Shown: piece by piece, positions 47,976 to 61,830 of the stretch
Layout of the letters: every line of letters begins with the position of its first letter
How positions within the stretch are numbered: the stretch's first letter is position 1
Assembly (NCBI RefSeq): GCF_001194135.2
Contig: NC_069001.1
Location: 35,385,952-35,449,951 of the forward strand
Length of the DNA: 64,000 bases
Direction: 5' to 3'
Source of the DNA: Octopus bimaculoides
Lineage: Eukaryota
The notes under the pieces: generated by a model
Database searches by the model: none
What the model was told of the DNA's origin: nothing
The model's input: only the letters and a program-made list of their open reading frames with translations
Translations under genes and position numbers: made by a program

Positions 47976-50900
47976 CTGCTCTCTTTCTCTATCACTTTCT
48001 ACTCCTCTCTCTCCCTCTCCCTCTCCCTCTCTCTCTCTCTCTTTCTCTCTCCCCCTCTCTCTCTCTCTCCCCTCCTCTCTCTCTCTCTCTCTTCTCTCTC
48101 TCTCCTTCAGACATGGCAACTAATTAACATCTAAGCAGTTACAGAGTTACAGTTACAACAGACCTGTCACAGAGAGAGGTAGGGTAAGATTGAAAGATGG
48201 GGGTGAGATGTCAAGAAAGGGACAAGGGATAAGAGGGGGAAGACAGAGAGAGGAGGAATGGGTGAGGGAGTGGAAGGAAAAGAGAGGATGAAAGGGGAAA
48301 GAGCAAGGGAGAAAGAGGGGTGAGATGAGGAAGAAAGAGAGGGAGGAGGAGAGAGAAAAAGAGAGAGGAAGTGATAGAGAGACAGAGAGGGACAGGGTAT
48401 GAGAAAAAAAGTAAGAGAGAAAGAAGGACAAGAAGGAAAATAGAGAAAGAGAGAGAGAGGGGGGGGGCTAATAAGAATTATTAATTGATGTTTATCAAAG
48501 ATCCTATAAACTTGACAGATAAATTAATCTCCCTTGGTTATCCCCCACCCATCCACACACATACACATACCTTCATCCCCTCTTAATCATGGTAAGCAAA
48601 CCACACGTGGAAGCCTTTATGTGGTCGTTCACCTTGCTAGAAATAACAGCCAAATCTTTTTCAAATCATACCCTGTTGGTTAAAAAAACAAAAACCCAAA
48701 AGACATACCAAATAAAATGCTTCTGAGTAGCCAGTGCTTGCATGAAAGAAAACACAAACAAACGGGATGGCCACAGCAGGAATGTACTTCACCGAAGGTC
48801 TGTGACCTGGGGTTGAACAGCAATAGCATGTTGCACAACATAAAGCTAGCCATGTGGTTCATTCGTTCGTTAATCTAAGTTCGTTTCTTTAATTTGATGT
48901 CACTCAGCATCGAAATATGGTTGTATGATGTATGTAAATGTCATGAGGTGGTGATTGCAACATCGTTATGATGTCTTCCTCTTGGTTAATTAGCAAGTTG
49001 TAATTAAGGGCTTGGTCAAATAATTTTCTGCATTTGTGGTTAATATTTAAGAATGTGGAGTGGGGTGGGGGTCTTCTACATTTCATCTTCTTTTTCTCTT
49101 TCTCTCGCTGGTCGTTGTCAGCATCATCATCCTCATTGTCATCATTTGATTGTCATCATGATTCTAATCCTTAATAATGATCATCATTGTAATCCTTAGT
49201 CATCATCATCATCATCACCATCATCATCATCACCATCATCATATCATTTTAATCATCATCATCATAACCATCATTATCATAACCATCATCATCATCATCA
49301 TCATCCCAATCATGATCACCATCATTATCGTTACCATCAACATCAATCATCATCATTATCGTCATCATCTTTATCAGTTATTTTCATCATCATCACCAAC
49401 CTCATCACCATCATCATCATTGTCATCAACATTGTTATCGCCATCTGTTATTATCATCAACATGGGTCACCACCACCACTACCACCACCGGTTATCATTT
49501 CATTACGCTCATAATAATCCACGTGGCCATCACCCTAGATGGCATGGAGACATTCCAGTCTTAATGAGCACAGCAGCTTCCCTGTCAGAAATGGTTTGAT
49601 TCTAGGCAGGGGACCCGGTCTTGGACAAAGGAATTACAACTTAATGTAATTACATGTGTATTACACACGTGTGTGTGTGTGTGTGTCTGTGTGTGTGGTA
49701 GATGTCCGTTGTTGCCAAGTCATTAACAGGAACACCAAGCCCTGGCGCTTTCTATGTGTATGACAAGTTGTTGTTGCTATAGTTTAACCATTTAGCATTT
49801 AAGCTGGCCATTCCTGGTTCAAGAATTCTATTTGTTTTATGTTAAAACCGAGCAGGTCCTGCTTCTCACACCTACCCTACAATATCATATATACAATCTC
49901 ATCACTGGAATCTCAAAGTTACAAGATAATTCATGATTATTTCAAAATGAGGTGAATAAATAAGGATTTGACAGAGTAATCTGAACGCTGAAGGGTGAAC
50001 CCACATGTCAGCCCAATTGAGCAGATCTGTGATCAAAGACATTCCATTCATGACCACCTCACCTTTTTATTTAGATATCCATAGGACCTTCTCTCTTCAT
50101 TTGCAAATATATACAGACATCAGTCATGGGGAATCTCCATGCCAAAATCTGAAGATTCGGGGGCTTTTCTTAAAAATGGTTCTGCTGTAACTTTCATGAT
50201 TCTTTCTGCTGGTTTATTTATAATTGATTCTGCTAGTCTCATGCTGACTTGAGCTTACCCATGGGACATAGGAGCTTATTTTGTAAGACTAAAGATCCCC
50301 TTCAGTCATGAATGGCCTTGGGATTGCACCTAGTCCAGGCAAAGTTGTTGAGACCAGCAGTCACCCATGCATAACCAGCCTTCCTTCTCCATGCCACTGA
50401 TATCATCCAGGGGAAAGGAAAAGGCCGATACAGCTTGGTACCAGTGACGTCACAACTCATTTCTCCAGCTGAGTGAACTGAAGCAATGTGAATTAAAGTG
50501 TCTTGCTCAAGAACACAACACACAGCCTGGTCTGTAACTTAGTTGTCATTAAGCTGGTGTTAGGAACATAAATTGTGACTAAGGTTTGGTGGAAGGTTTT
50601 TAATTCAAAACTTCTGCAAACAAGTCATTTGTCCTGCAGAGCCAGAGACAGTTTCAGCCAGGTCGGTTTCAAAAGGGTTAAAACCTGTTTTCCATGCTGG
50701 CATGGTTGGGTGGTCTCACAGGTACTGGCAAGTCAGAAGGCTGTGCCAATCCCTGCTGTCTACTTTGGCATGGTTTCTACAGCTTGATGTCCTCCCTAAT
50801 GCCAACCACTCTACAGAGTGCACTGGGTGCTTTTAATATAGCACCAGTCGCAGAAAGGTTACCAAATAATTTTACAAGACAGGGCCTCCAGTGCATCGTT

Positions 50901-53046
50901 TTATTCATGGGGTTTATAATACTGTTAATGTGACCCTTTCTTCTTGATTGCAATTTCTACACAAGGAAGTCATAAGGTCTTTTAATTCTCACATAATATT
51001 TTCTTACCGGGTCATCTAGCAAGGTTGATGCCGTCCTGGGTCAGAGTTTGATGTCGCATGAATAATAAAAAAATTGAATAAGGAAATATAAATAAATAAA
51101 TTTAGAAAAAAAAATGTTGCCAACATGTCGGCCAAAATGTCTGCTGTCTTGACCCAACAACATAGGAATTGTTTTATTTCAAATTCAAATTTTAAAATTC
51201 CAGAATTAAAAGAAGAAAAAAAAAACAAATAAACAAATAACAATTTCCAATATGGAGAAAGAAGTAGCAAAGGAAATATATAGCTTTTGATTAGTCTCTT
51301 GGTTTCAACATTAATTTTAGAATATTCTTCAAAATTATTCTTGCACAAATTTTTTTCATCCAACTATTATTTGTTCATTTTTGTTTTTTTATTTCGTAAT
51401 ATTTAGTCTGAAGTTATTGATTTTTGTTTTTTTTTTTCATATATCTTTCATTGGTTTTGTACTTTTTAAATTTTTATTTATTAATATTATTATTTCTTTT
51501 TGTTCTTTCTTCGCGATGACATGTCTCACTTTGTCTTGTAATTTGTACATTTGGTATCTTCCCCGCCACACGGAATTCTATAGAAATTTGATTTTTCTTT
51601 TTTTGTTGTTGTTGCAGTTTTCATTACAACGTTACCACAGAACATTTATCCGACAAAAAAAATCTTTATGCTTCTGTTGAATCTTATACATGCTAAATAA
51701 TGTTACAGACCGTGCATGTGTGTTTGTTTTGATTGATGGCTAGGTCAATATAGAACAGATACAGAAGTACCAAAGTTGGTAGGTCGGTGGATAGGTAAGT
51801 AGGTTGACAGAGATCAATAGATTGATTAGTAGATAGGGAAGTAGAGAGTAGAAGATAAACAGACAGATAGATGGATGGATGGATGGATAGATAGATACAT
51901 ACATACATACATACATACATGCATGCATGGGTAGATAGGTAGATCAATAGGTAGATAGATAGATACGTACATACATACATATATACATGCATAGATTTAT
52001 AGATAGATAGAGAGAGAGAGAGAGAGAGTCATATAAATAAATAGATAGATAGTATGGTATATAGATAGATGATAGTAGGGTGGGTAGGTAAGTAGAGAAA
52101 GTAGTCTAGTTTTTACAATATGCTTAATTCTGTCTGTGTTTGCATTTCACGTGTGTACTGAAAATCTATATAATCAATAGGGTACAGTAAGTATTCTTTC
52201 TGATAAAACTAATAGATTGATAGAACTAAATGAATGTTATTAGCATCTTAAGACATGAAGGATTTAGTTTAGCTGGAGGAAATAACTGTCTACTTACATA
52301 TGTATGTATGTATGTATATATATATATATATATATATTACAAGAAATTGTTTCCCTCTTTTTACCACACATCAGTAACATAGTATAGACACACACATATA
52401 TACACACATGAGTTTAAACGAATACGCACTTACACACAGATGTGTTTGTGTGCATCATCAACATCATCATCATAATTTTAATATTCATTTTTTTTTTTCC
52501 ATGCTTGTATATCTCAAACCAAATTCGTCCAGGCAGATTTGTCTCTGGCCGGATGCTCTTCCTGTCACCAACCCTTACCTACTTCCAAGCAAAGTAATAT
52601 TTCCCTGCAAGTCTTCTTTCCCACTTCTCACATTTTAAATTCACTTGCAAGTTTTTAGTCAGCATGGAACTGTGCACCAAAAGACACTTGCCCAAGGTGA
52701 TCCACAGGGGAATTGAACCGAAATCTAGGTTGCAATGTGCACTTCTTTACCGCACAAGTTCTGACAGCAACACTCACAATGGCACTGGTGCCAAGCTGTG
52801 TTAGCCCAATTTTGGCAGCCTACCTTTTGGTAAAACACCTGTGGAATGGAGAGAGGAGTTAACACACTTCGGCAATTGTCAGACTTCCTCAAAAATTCTT
52901 ATCTATGCATCTACATACATGTGTAGATAAATGACTGACCCACCTTCACCAACATAGGCCCTATATATTGTTAGAAAAAAAGCTGGATGGATTTATATAT
53001 ACACACTTATATACAAAATAAATATATTATGATATATATATATATA

Positions 53047-53843
53047 TCATCATCATCGTTTAACGTCCGCTTTCCATGCTAGCATGGGTTGGACGATTTG
53101 ACTGAGGACTGGTGAAACCGGATGGCAACACCAGGCTCCAGTCTGATTTGGCAGAGTTTCTACAGCTGGATGCCCTTCCTAACGCCAACCACTCAGAGAG
53201 TGTAGTGGGTGCTTTTACGTGTCACCCGCACGAAAACGGCCACGCTCGAAATGGTGTCTTTTATGTGCCACCCGCACAAGCCAGTCCAGGGGCACTGGCA
53301 ACGATCTTACTTGGCTTGCCGGGTCTTCTCACGCACAGCCCATTTCCAAAGGTCTCGGTCCGTAGTCATCGCCTCGGTGAGGCCCAATGTACGAAGGTCT
53401 TGCCTCACCACCTCAGCCCAGGTCTTCCTGGGCCTACCTCTTCCACGGGTTCCCTCAACTGTTAGGGTGTGGCACTTTTTCACGCAGCTANNNNNNNNNN
53501 AATGGTGCATCTCATGTGCCACCCGCACAAGAACCAGTCCAGGGGCACTGGCAACGATCTTACTTGGCTTGCCGGGTCTTCTCACGCACAGCCCATTTCC
53601 AAAGGTCTCGGTCCGTAGTCATCGCCTCGGTGAGGCCCAATGTACGAAGGTCTTGCCTCACCACCTCAGCCCAGGTCTTCCTGGGCCTACCTCTTCCACG
53701 GGTTCCCTCAACTGTTAGGGTGTGGCACTTTTTCACGCAGCTATCCTCCTCCATTCTCACCACATGTCCATACCAGCGCAATCGTCTCTCTTGCACGCCA
53801 CAACTGATGCTTCTAATGTTCAGCTTTTCTCTCAAGATATCAT
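53047..53843 (-). mobile_element. Young 5'-truncated RTE-clade LINE (ORF end, 3' UTR, (GAT)n tail)
   Basis: Intact C-terminal frame ILREKLNIRSISCGVQERRLRWYGHVVRMEEDSCVKKC..GRGRPRKTWAEVVRQDL..DRDLWKWAV, the RTE signature. About 230 bp are duplicated around the 10-N gap. Confidence 0.92.
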
Positions 53844-54545
53844 GTATTATTTGATAAACACAATATATGCTTTTATGTGCCCACATGGGCGATGTCTGAT
53901 GCTTATGCTGGGACACCAGACATGTTAATAAATACAGTTTGGCTTGTTCTCAGCACATGAAACTAATAGTAGCACATCAAAACATATACTGTGTTTACTA
54001 AATAACATTTATCTTTCACCAGATGGAGTACTTTTTCTGTTGATCTTACCATCACGAATCAGTAAACTATATATATATATATATATATATAATAACATGC
54101 ATTTCGAAGCTTCTATAAGGTTGTCAACTACCATATGCCATCATTCAGCAGGATTACTTCTTTTACTGGATAAACATGTGGAAATCCATCAGTGTATACA
54201 AAATTCATGCTAAAAGAATTTGTAATACAGTAAGGTGGAATGAAGAATCTTTAATCACAAATCACAACTATTGTTTCTGTGCTTTAATAACAGCTGTTGG
54301 TGAGTTTTACATATTATTATATAAGTATCATATCGTATCCAACAGATTCATTTTGGCATTGATACACACGCACGCACGCACACACACATACATTTAAGAT
54401 TTTACTTGGTTTTTATATTTTAAGAATGTTCAAACTCTGATGGCATATTTAAATAGCTTGCATTTGTTTTGTACAGAAAACCATGCACCAACCTTAGATT
54501 TGCTTTGAATACTGGCTTAAAAGCACTGTTTACTAAATATAATAG

Positions 54546-54579
<34 letters not shown>

Positions 54580-54992
54580 TCTATAATTCTTAGTGAAAAT
54601 ATATTTGATAGGTTTATCTCTATAATCTCTTTTATTCTCCAGTATTACATGCAGTCTGTATTATCGCTTGTTTTATGTCTACTATTTATTTATTTATCTT
54701 TACAGTTATGTCTGTTAAACATTATTTCTAGCATTATTTCCATATTTATTTCCTCCATTAATCTCTAGTATTAATTGCACAAACTTCCCGTACATTTTTA
54801 GAAAGAAACCTTGTGGTTTTATTGAACATAAGTAAACGCATGTACATACATGTACATCTCATGATGCACACATACAGACACACACAGACACACATACACA
54901 CAAGTGTGTATGTGTGTACATTTATATACACATATATCAATATTTGCTTATATGTCAAGTTCTATATAAAAGCAATTTAATATTATATTGAA

Positions 54993-55325
54993 AGAAGGCA
55001 GCAAACTGGCAGAACCAGTAGCACGCTGGGCGAAATGCTTAGCAGTATTTCGTCTGTCTTTACGTTCTGAGTTCAAATTCCGCCAAGGTCAACTTTGCCT
55101 TTCATCTTTTCAGGGTCAATAAATTAAGTACTAGTTGCAATCTAATTGATTGCCCCCCTTCCCCCAAAATTTGGGCCATGTGTTTAGAGTAGAAAAGAAT
55201 ATTATATTGAAGGGTTAGACCACAAGCTGGCAGAATTGTTAGCACACCGGCCGAAATGCTTAGTGGTGTTTGATCCATCTTTATGCTCTGAGTTCAAATT
55301 CCATCGAGGTCAACTTTGCCTTTTT
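54993..55325 (+). mobile_element. Two SINE family A copies in tandem
   Basis: Full copy at ~54993-55200, followed by a head fragment at ~55215-55325. Confidence 0.85.
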
Positions 55326-56563
55326 ATTTCAAGAAGAGTTTCTCATTTTTGTCTTTGGAATTAATTAGACTCCGAAACAATTTGTAGAATTTATATTAGT
55401 TCTGTACCAACCTGGATTATGAATTAAAGATCGGCTACACCTACAACAATTTTTCCTTTCCTTATCCTTCATTTTTATATATATATATATATATATATTT
55501 ATATTTTGTTATGGTTATCAATTTGTGTTCCTATTTTATATAAACCTTCTTTTCCTTCAAATATTCACTGTCTTATGTTGTTCTACAGTAAAGACAATGA
55601 CAAGAAAAATGAAAGCCATTTCATCTTTTTTATTTTTTGAATTACAAAACCCAAACAGAAGACAACAAGGAAGGAAAAAAAAAAACAGTTACACGTTTAA
55701 TCTTTTTTCTCTTTCATTTATTTACATATATATATTTTTTTTTTTTCCTACATTTCATATCACATTACATACAACCAGAGAAATAATTATTTTACCTAAA
55801 TATGAAAACATAATTCTAATTAATATTAAAATTTAATATTCAATTATCCAACAGAGGAATCCTCCTCATGTAGAATTAACAAACAAGCCGTAACGATAAT
55901 GGGTTTTCCAACAGGAGTTCATGCATGTATAATAACCTTGATTTTCACAAGCTTAGCTACCGGCATTTTCAGAGGGTTTCATACATTTTTTTTCTTTTTC
56001 CCATCTGCCATCAAACTAAAAGACTTGCTTGTAAATTTAACAAGATTCCTTCTATTCAGTTGGTAATCAATAAATAGCCAAGCTATAGACAATAGAAACA
56101 AGGTTTGTGGTGATTGTGGTGGTGGTGGTGGTGGTGGTGGATTTACTTTTAGTCTTAACAATCAATATTTTTTCATTGTAGTAATAAATATTTGAAGACG
56201 GAACCTGTTGTTCCTTGTGAGGCAATATCTTATTTGTTATTATTGTCCTTGTTGTCATCGGTGGTGGTGGTGGTGGTGGTGATTGTAAAATGATGGCGGT
56301 GATGGTGACGGTGATGTGTCTTGGTAGAGGTGACAGTGACAGTAACAATGATGACAGTGGCGGTGGTGGTGACGTTGGTGGTGGGTTGCGGTGATAGTGG
56401 TAGAATTAAACAAACAAACAAACAAACAAAAATACAGATAAACAAACATAAACATAGTCACATACAATATTCAGGATGTGACCCTGGGCACCATATAAGA
56501 AAGAACAGCTCCATTCCTGCTGCTACTAACACAACATACCTTTTTTTTATTATCATTATTATT

Positions 56564-56594
<31 letters not shown>

Positions 56595-56636
56595 TCATTG
56601 TTATTACTATTATTATTATTTCTACTACTACTACTG

Positions 56637-56681
<45 letters not shown>

Positions 56682-57684
56682 CAAATAATTAATCAAACCC
56701 CAGTATTCTTTTATTTAACATAAAAATGAGAGAGAGAGAGAGAGATTGCCAGTTATTCAAATTATTTCCTTTTCTCTTTTTGTTTATTTTCTTGTTTTCC
56801 ATTTTTTTCCTCTCCCCATCTTTTTATTTTTATTTAATTTTTTTTTTAACCTTGTTTTATTTTATTCCACTCATATTTCAGTGCTAGTCATTTTCTTTCT
56901 TTCTTTCTTTCATTTTTCTTTCCTTTTTTTCTTTTTTCTTTTTACCTTTCTGTACGTGGTTATTGCGAAGAATTATGCTTCCCTCTAGGCTGAGTTAATT
57001 AAACAAACAATATTTCTGTGTTCTTCAATGATAATACAATGTCACACGAGAGTTGGTGAAACAGAACAAAAAAAAAAAAGCCAAAAAAAAATAACCAGCA
57101 CAAAATGAAACAAAACAAACACTAAAAAAATGAATAAATATAAAAATTAACTGTGTCATTCTCTGCTAATGTTTATATATTGAACGAGGTTTTTGACTAT
57201 AATGGAAAAAAAGCTTTTTCCTTGTTTAATTGCTTCTGTACTATGATATGAAACATGATGTATGATATAACAGATATAACATAATATTGTTTGGTTGATT
57301 ATATTCACAATAACGTAAAGGATGACATGAATTCATTCGTTTTTCGTCCGTTTTCTCCATCCTAGCATGGGTTAGAGGAACGATGTATTGCTGAGACATT
57401 CTGTTACAGTTGGATGCTCTTCCTGTTGTTTGTGCTTGCCTGTTTTTTCAAGTATATTTTCAATATAAAAAGCTTGCTTCTCAACCACATGGTTCTGGGC
57501 TCAGTCCTACTGCGTTGCACCTTCAGCAAGTATCTTGATTGTAGAATTGATACATCATATCCCTACATAACCTAAGAGACAACAGAAAGGGGTTAGCAGT
57601 ACAAAGGGTTTTCTATTGTAAAATACATCGGAAAACATCTCAAATCTATAACAGTGGACAAAAACAGGTATTATTATTGTTATT

Positions 57685-58130
57685 ATTATTATTATTGAGA
57701 GAGCAGTGCATGCCACCAAAGTGACACTGGGGTAAAATTAACGAAGCCCAATATACTCACCATGACTACCCATCTGTTAAGGGTACACCAGGCACATGCA
57801 TCACAACCATAGTATTATTATTATTATTAATATTATTATTATTGAAAAGGCAGCGAGCTGGCAGAATCGTTAGCATGCCAAGCAAAATACTTTGTGGCAT
57901 TTTGCCCATCTTCACATTCTGAGTTCAAATTTTGCCGAGGTCGACTTTGCCTTTCATCCTTTCAGGGTCAATGTAATCAACTAGCCCTCTCCCCAAAATT
58001 TCAAGCCTTGTGCCTATAGTAGAAAGGATTATCATCATTATTATTGAGGGAGAGAGAAGTGCATGGCATAAAAGTGACACTGCGGTACAAACATACGAAG
58101 TCCAATACACCCATCATGACTACCCCTCGG
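57685..58130. mobile_element. Nest in (ATT)n: family E 3' end (-, ~57685-57810), SINE A (+, 57845-58035), family E 3' end (-, ~58045-58130)
   Basis: The two E copies share GAGAGCAGTGCATG..AAAGTGACACTG..ACGAAG.CCAATA.AC.CA.CATGACTACCC. Confidence 0.75.
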
Positions 58131-58359
58131 GAGCATAGTAGGAAACACATCCCCAATTTGCCATGGAATGGGATTGAACCTGAAACCATTTAGTTGGGAA
58201 GCAAGCTTCTTACCATGCAGCCATGCCTGGTTCTAATGCAGGAATAATTCAAAACATTTTGAATAAATAAGCATTAAATTTGACAGAGTAATCTGAAATC
58301 TAAAAGGTTAAACTGCAAACAGCAAACCCATCGAAGACCTGCTGTCTCTAAGTGCAAGG

Positions 58360-58730
58360 TGAAAAATAGAAGAATTCTGCATCTATTGTTTTGGTACTTC
58401 TTCTAAAATTAATTTTGGTTCTAGCAGACAGGAAAGATATAGAAATAAAGAAAAAGAAAAGAAGAAATAAAGCAAAAAATAGTTGTCTGTTATAAATAGC
58501 GAAGAAGTCTGCTATGAATGATTTCCTGTTAGCATTGAACTGCATTGCTTCTCAATCATAAATAAGTTGTAGAAATAGAATTCAAGCTGGTTTTGGTTCT
58601 GTGTTCGCTGACCAACTGACCTCACCAAGATTGTTATTTGGATGTTTGGAGAGTTCCGACTGGAAGGAGACAAAGGCACATCTGACTCTGGGAAGCGAAA
58701 ACAGGATTGGGTCACCAGTTTTGGGGAAGA
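58360..58730 (+). repeat. Direct repeat, copy 1 (copy 2 at ~61095-61490)
   Basis: Long shared blocks such as TGAATGATTTCCTGTTAGCATTGAACTGCATTGCTT and CTGGAAGGAGACAAAGG, about 2.75 kb apart. Confidence 0.9.
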
Positions 58731-59649
58731 ATTGATATGTAAGAGGGATTGTCATTGTTTCACCCCAGGTCTGACCTGATTGAGTTGATGTATGATCAAA
58801 AATTGAGCAGAACTCTGATCAAAGATTGACCAGCTTTCATGAATCATGACTACCACCTTCACTTTGATATAGTGTAAAATTTTTGCTCTCTCTATTTCGT
58901 CTTTTTCATTCTTTGCTTCCTCTTTCTTTGTTCAATTCCCACACTACTCTCACAACCTCTCCCTCCTCACATTCCACAACACTTCATTTTATTCTTCATT
59001 GGTCTGTTCACACCCAAAGCCACAACAGTTCCATTATCTTCCCCACTCTTTGACTAAAGTCAAGAGATTGAAACATTAAATTCTTCCCTCTTTACAACAA
59101 TTTACTATAACAAACACTTCTATGGCTTCTCCATTAAGCTATTTTGTTCAAGAATACATTTATTTCAACACATTTCATACTTTACTTAAATCCACACCAA
59201 ATTCTTCTCCAGTTATTCCATGCTACAGAACTATGCCACATTTTCACTTCCATTTCCATTTCCTGTCATAAAAGACGGAAACTATAGACACTTAATCCTC
59301 ACCATAAGCATACAAGTAAATACAGGGAAAAGACAACACTTCATAATCCTCGTTCTTGACGAACAAAAGCTTGAAACATTAAATTCTTCAATGTTTAAGG
59401 TAACGTAACTTAAAAACTCTTCTACAAATTCTCCTGATCTAGTTTGCTCTGGTATACTCTTACTTCAGCATTTTTGTCATATTTTACCAAAAGCCACATC
59501 AAATTCTTTCCCAGTTATTTCAAGATCAAGATCTCACATCTTTAAATTCTTCACTTTCGACAATTCACCTTAACAAGTTCTTCTGCAAATTGCCTTCTAA
59601 ACAAGTTTGCTCTCAAATATACCAATTCCAGCACTCGTGCCATATATCC

Positions 59650-60280
59650 CTGCACATGTTCAGTCTACTGCTAGATGAAGGCCTCAATATTTCCTCTCTG
59701 CCAACCATAGTCTGATGGTTTTCTCATTCATGTTTCCATGCTGAAGAATTTACCAAAGTCTTCATTCCAACTTCTGCATGGTTCTCCCCTCCTTCTTTCG
59801 TCTGGATGTGGTGTCTACTTTGTCAGTTTGATATTCCATTCATTGTTCCTTCTAAACAGATGTCCCACAAAAGACCATCTTAGAGTTTCTATTTTCCAGA
59901 TAATATCCATTAAATCTGTTGCCACACTTTTCCTGTTGTTTCTCCACTAATTCATCGTGTTTAATCTTCAGCATTCTCCTTTCCATCACTCTTTGTGTTG
60001 ATCTTAATCTAATTTCAGTGTTCTTGTTGGTAGTCCATATTCCTGGTGCATCCTAAATGGTAGGCACCATACACTGGTTGAAGACCTTTCTTTTTAGACA
60101 AATGGTTAAATTACTGCTCAGGATGTGATTCAATTTACCAAAGGATGCCCATCCTGATTGCTTGTGTCCATCATTCAATTTCTTTGGACTAATTTGTAAC
60201 CTTTAAGCAGAATTATTTGTCCTAGACAGCTGTAATGGTTCCCATGTTCGAATATTTCATCATCTATTACTATATTTCCA
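59650..60280 (-). pseudogene. Old RTE-clade LINE ORF C-terminal fragment (distinct from the 53-kb family)
   Basis: Manual translation: CLGQII..GWASFGKLNHILSSNLTICLKRKVFNQCMVP..WT..RLRSTQRVMERRML..LRWSFVGHLFRR..RRRGEPCRSW..EAFI*Q*T, with stops and frameshifts. Confidence 0.82.
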
Positions 60281-60437
60281 GTTTTGTCATATTCTACTGA
60301 ACCCAGTTATTCCAATTTGCAGAACGCTACCATATTACAGCTTCCATTTCATGCCATTCTCAAGGCTAATATCATGATAACTTAAACCTCTTATCATAAA
60401 TACATACATCAGACACAGTTAGTAGGTAACACTTTAA

Positions 60438-60658
60438 CCCTTTCATTACTGTATTTATTTTGAGATGCTCTGTGTTTCTTTCAATTAATTTTAAATATAA
60501 CAAAGAATTTAGTAAAATAACTTAGTTATTATTCAGCTGATGTTAGGCACATAAATTGTGACTAAGGTTTGGTGGAAGATTTTAATTCAGAACTTATGAA
60601 AACAAGACATTTGTGTTCAGAGCCAGAGCCAGTTTCAGCTGGGTTGGTAACAAAAGGG
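60438..60658. mobile_element. piggyBac-type MITE, M1-related subfamily (partial copy ~50530-50678)
   Basis: TTAA|CCCTTTCATTAC ... GGTAACAAAAGGG|TTAA, with the TTAA duplication intact. Confidence 0.88.
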
Positions 60659-61574
60659 TTAAATTTCTCATTCTTGAACACCAAAATATCAAAACTTTAA
60701 ATTCTTCATTCAAAACAGTTCACCATAAAATCTTGTATGAATTCTCTTCAGAGCTACTATACTCTAGAATACAATTTCTTCATTCATTTCATATTTTACT
60801 TCAATTCATATCCAATTCTGTCCTTGTTATTCCAAGACTAAAAGCTCAAAAATTTTTAATTCTTCATTCATGGCAGTTAACTTTAAACTCTTCAGTGAAT
60901 TCTCGTTAGAGTCACTAAACTCTAGAATATTCTAACTTCAACACTGATTTCATTATTTTACTTCAATTCATACCAAATTCTTTCCCAATTATTCCAATAT
61001 ACAGACCAGTGCCACGTCTCAGCTTTTTGCTTCCATTCCATATCGTCCTAAAGACAAACTGAAACCATGGTAACTTTACCATAGTAACTATAAATGCGTA
61101 AATAGATAGAATCTGAATGTATTGTGTACTGGAATCTATTCTATGGTTCATTTTGGATTTAGTAGATAGGAAAGATGAAAGATAAAAAAAAAAGAAGAAA
61201 AAAATACAATAAAATAAAAGTGAAGAAAAATAAATGGTTGTCTGTTATAAATAACGAAGAATCCTGCAATGAATGATTTCCTGTTAGCATTGAACTGCAT
61301 TGCTTTTCAATCATAAATAAGTTGTAGAAATAGAATTCAAGCTGGTCTGCATTCTATATTTGTTGACCAACTGACCTCTAAGCAAGATTGTTGTTTGAAT
61401 GTTTGAAGAGTTCCGGCTGGAAGGAGACAAAGGTACATCTGACTCTCGGAAGTGAAGACAAGATTGGGTCACCGGAATTAGAAAGCTGGAGATAAGTTGG
61501 TGTCTGCTAGAGGCAAAAGGATGAGAACATATGTGTACACACACACACACACACACACTCATACACACACATAT

Positions 61575-61830
61575 ACATTCTTTTATTCTTTTACTTGTTT
61601 CAGTCATTTTAGTGCAGCCATGCTGGAGCACCGCCTTTAGTCGAACAAACCAACCCCAGGACTTATTGTTTGGAAGCCTAGTACTTATTCTATCAGTCTC
61701 TTTTGCTGAACTGCTATGTTACAGGGACATAAACACACCAACATCGGTTGTCAAGTGATGGTGGGGGTACAAAGACACACAAACACTCACATACATACAT
61801 ATACACATATATATATATATATATATGTAT
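61575..61830 (-). mobile_element. SINE family B 3' half, internal microsatellite runs into gap
   Basis: Reverse complement of the family B tail and body. Confidence 0.88.

Larger units (their letters stand above)
58960..61095. repeat. Degenerate higher-order tandem repeat (~155-bp m units and ~150-bp s units; m-s-m-m-s-m-m-s), interrupted by an RTE and a MITE
   Basis: m motif AAAC(A/T)TTAAATTCTT at ~59070, 59373, 59539, 60692, 60850, and AAATTCTT(T/C)CCAGTTATTCCA at ~59200, 59500, 60813, 60976. Confidence 0.75.

Noticed and set aside
53252-53739. Apparent ~230-bp tandem duplication inside the RTE LINE
   Set aside because: The copies flank a 10-N gap and the first ends exactly where the second continues. 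This is an unmerged contig overlap (assembly artefact or allelic difference).
58360-61490. LTR retrotransposon (direct repeats as LTRs)
   Set aside because: No TG..CA termini, PBS/PPT or TSD. The internal RT-like sequence is a secondary RTE LINE insertion.
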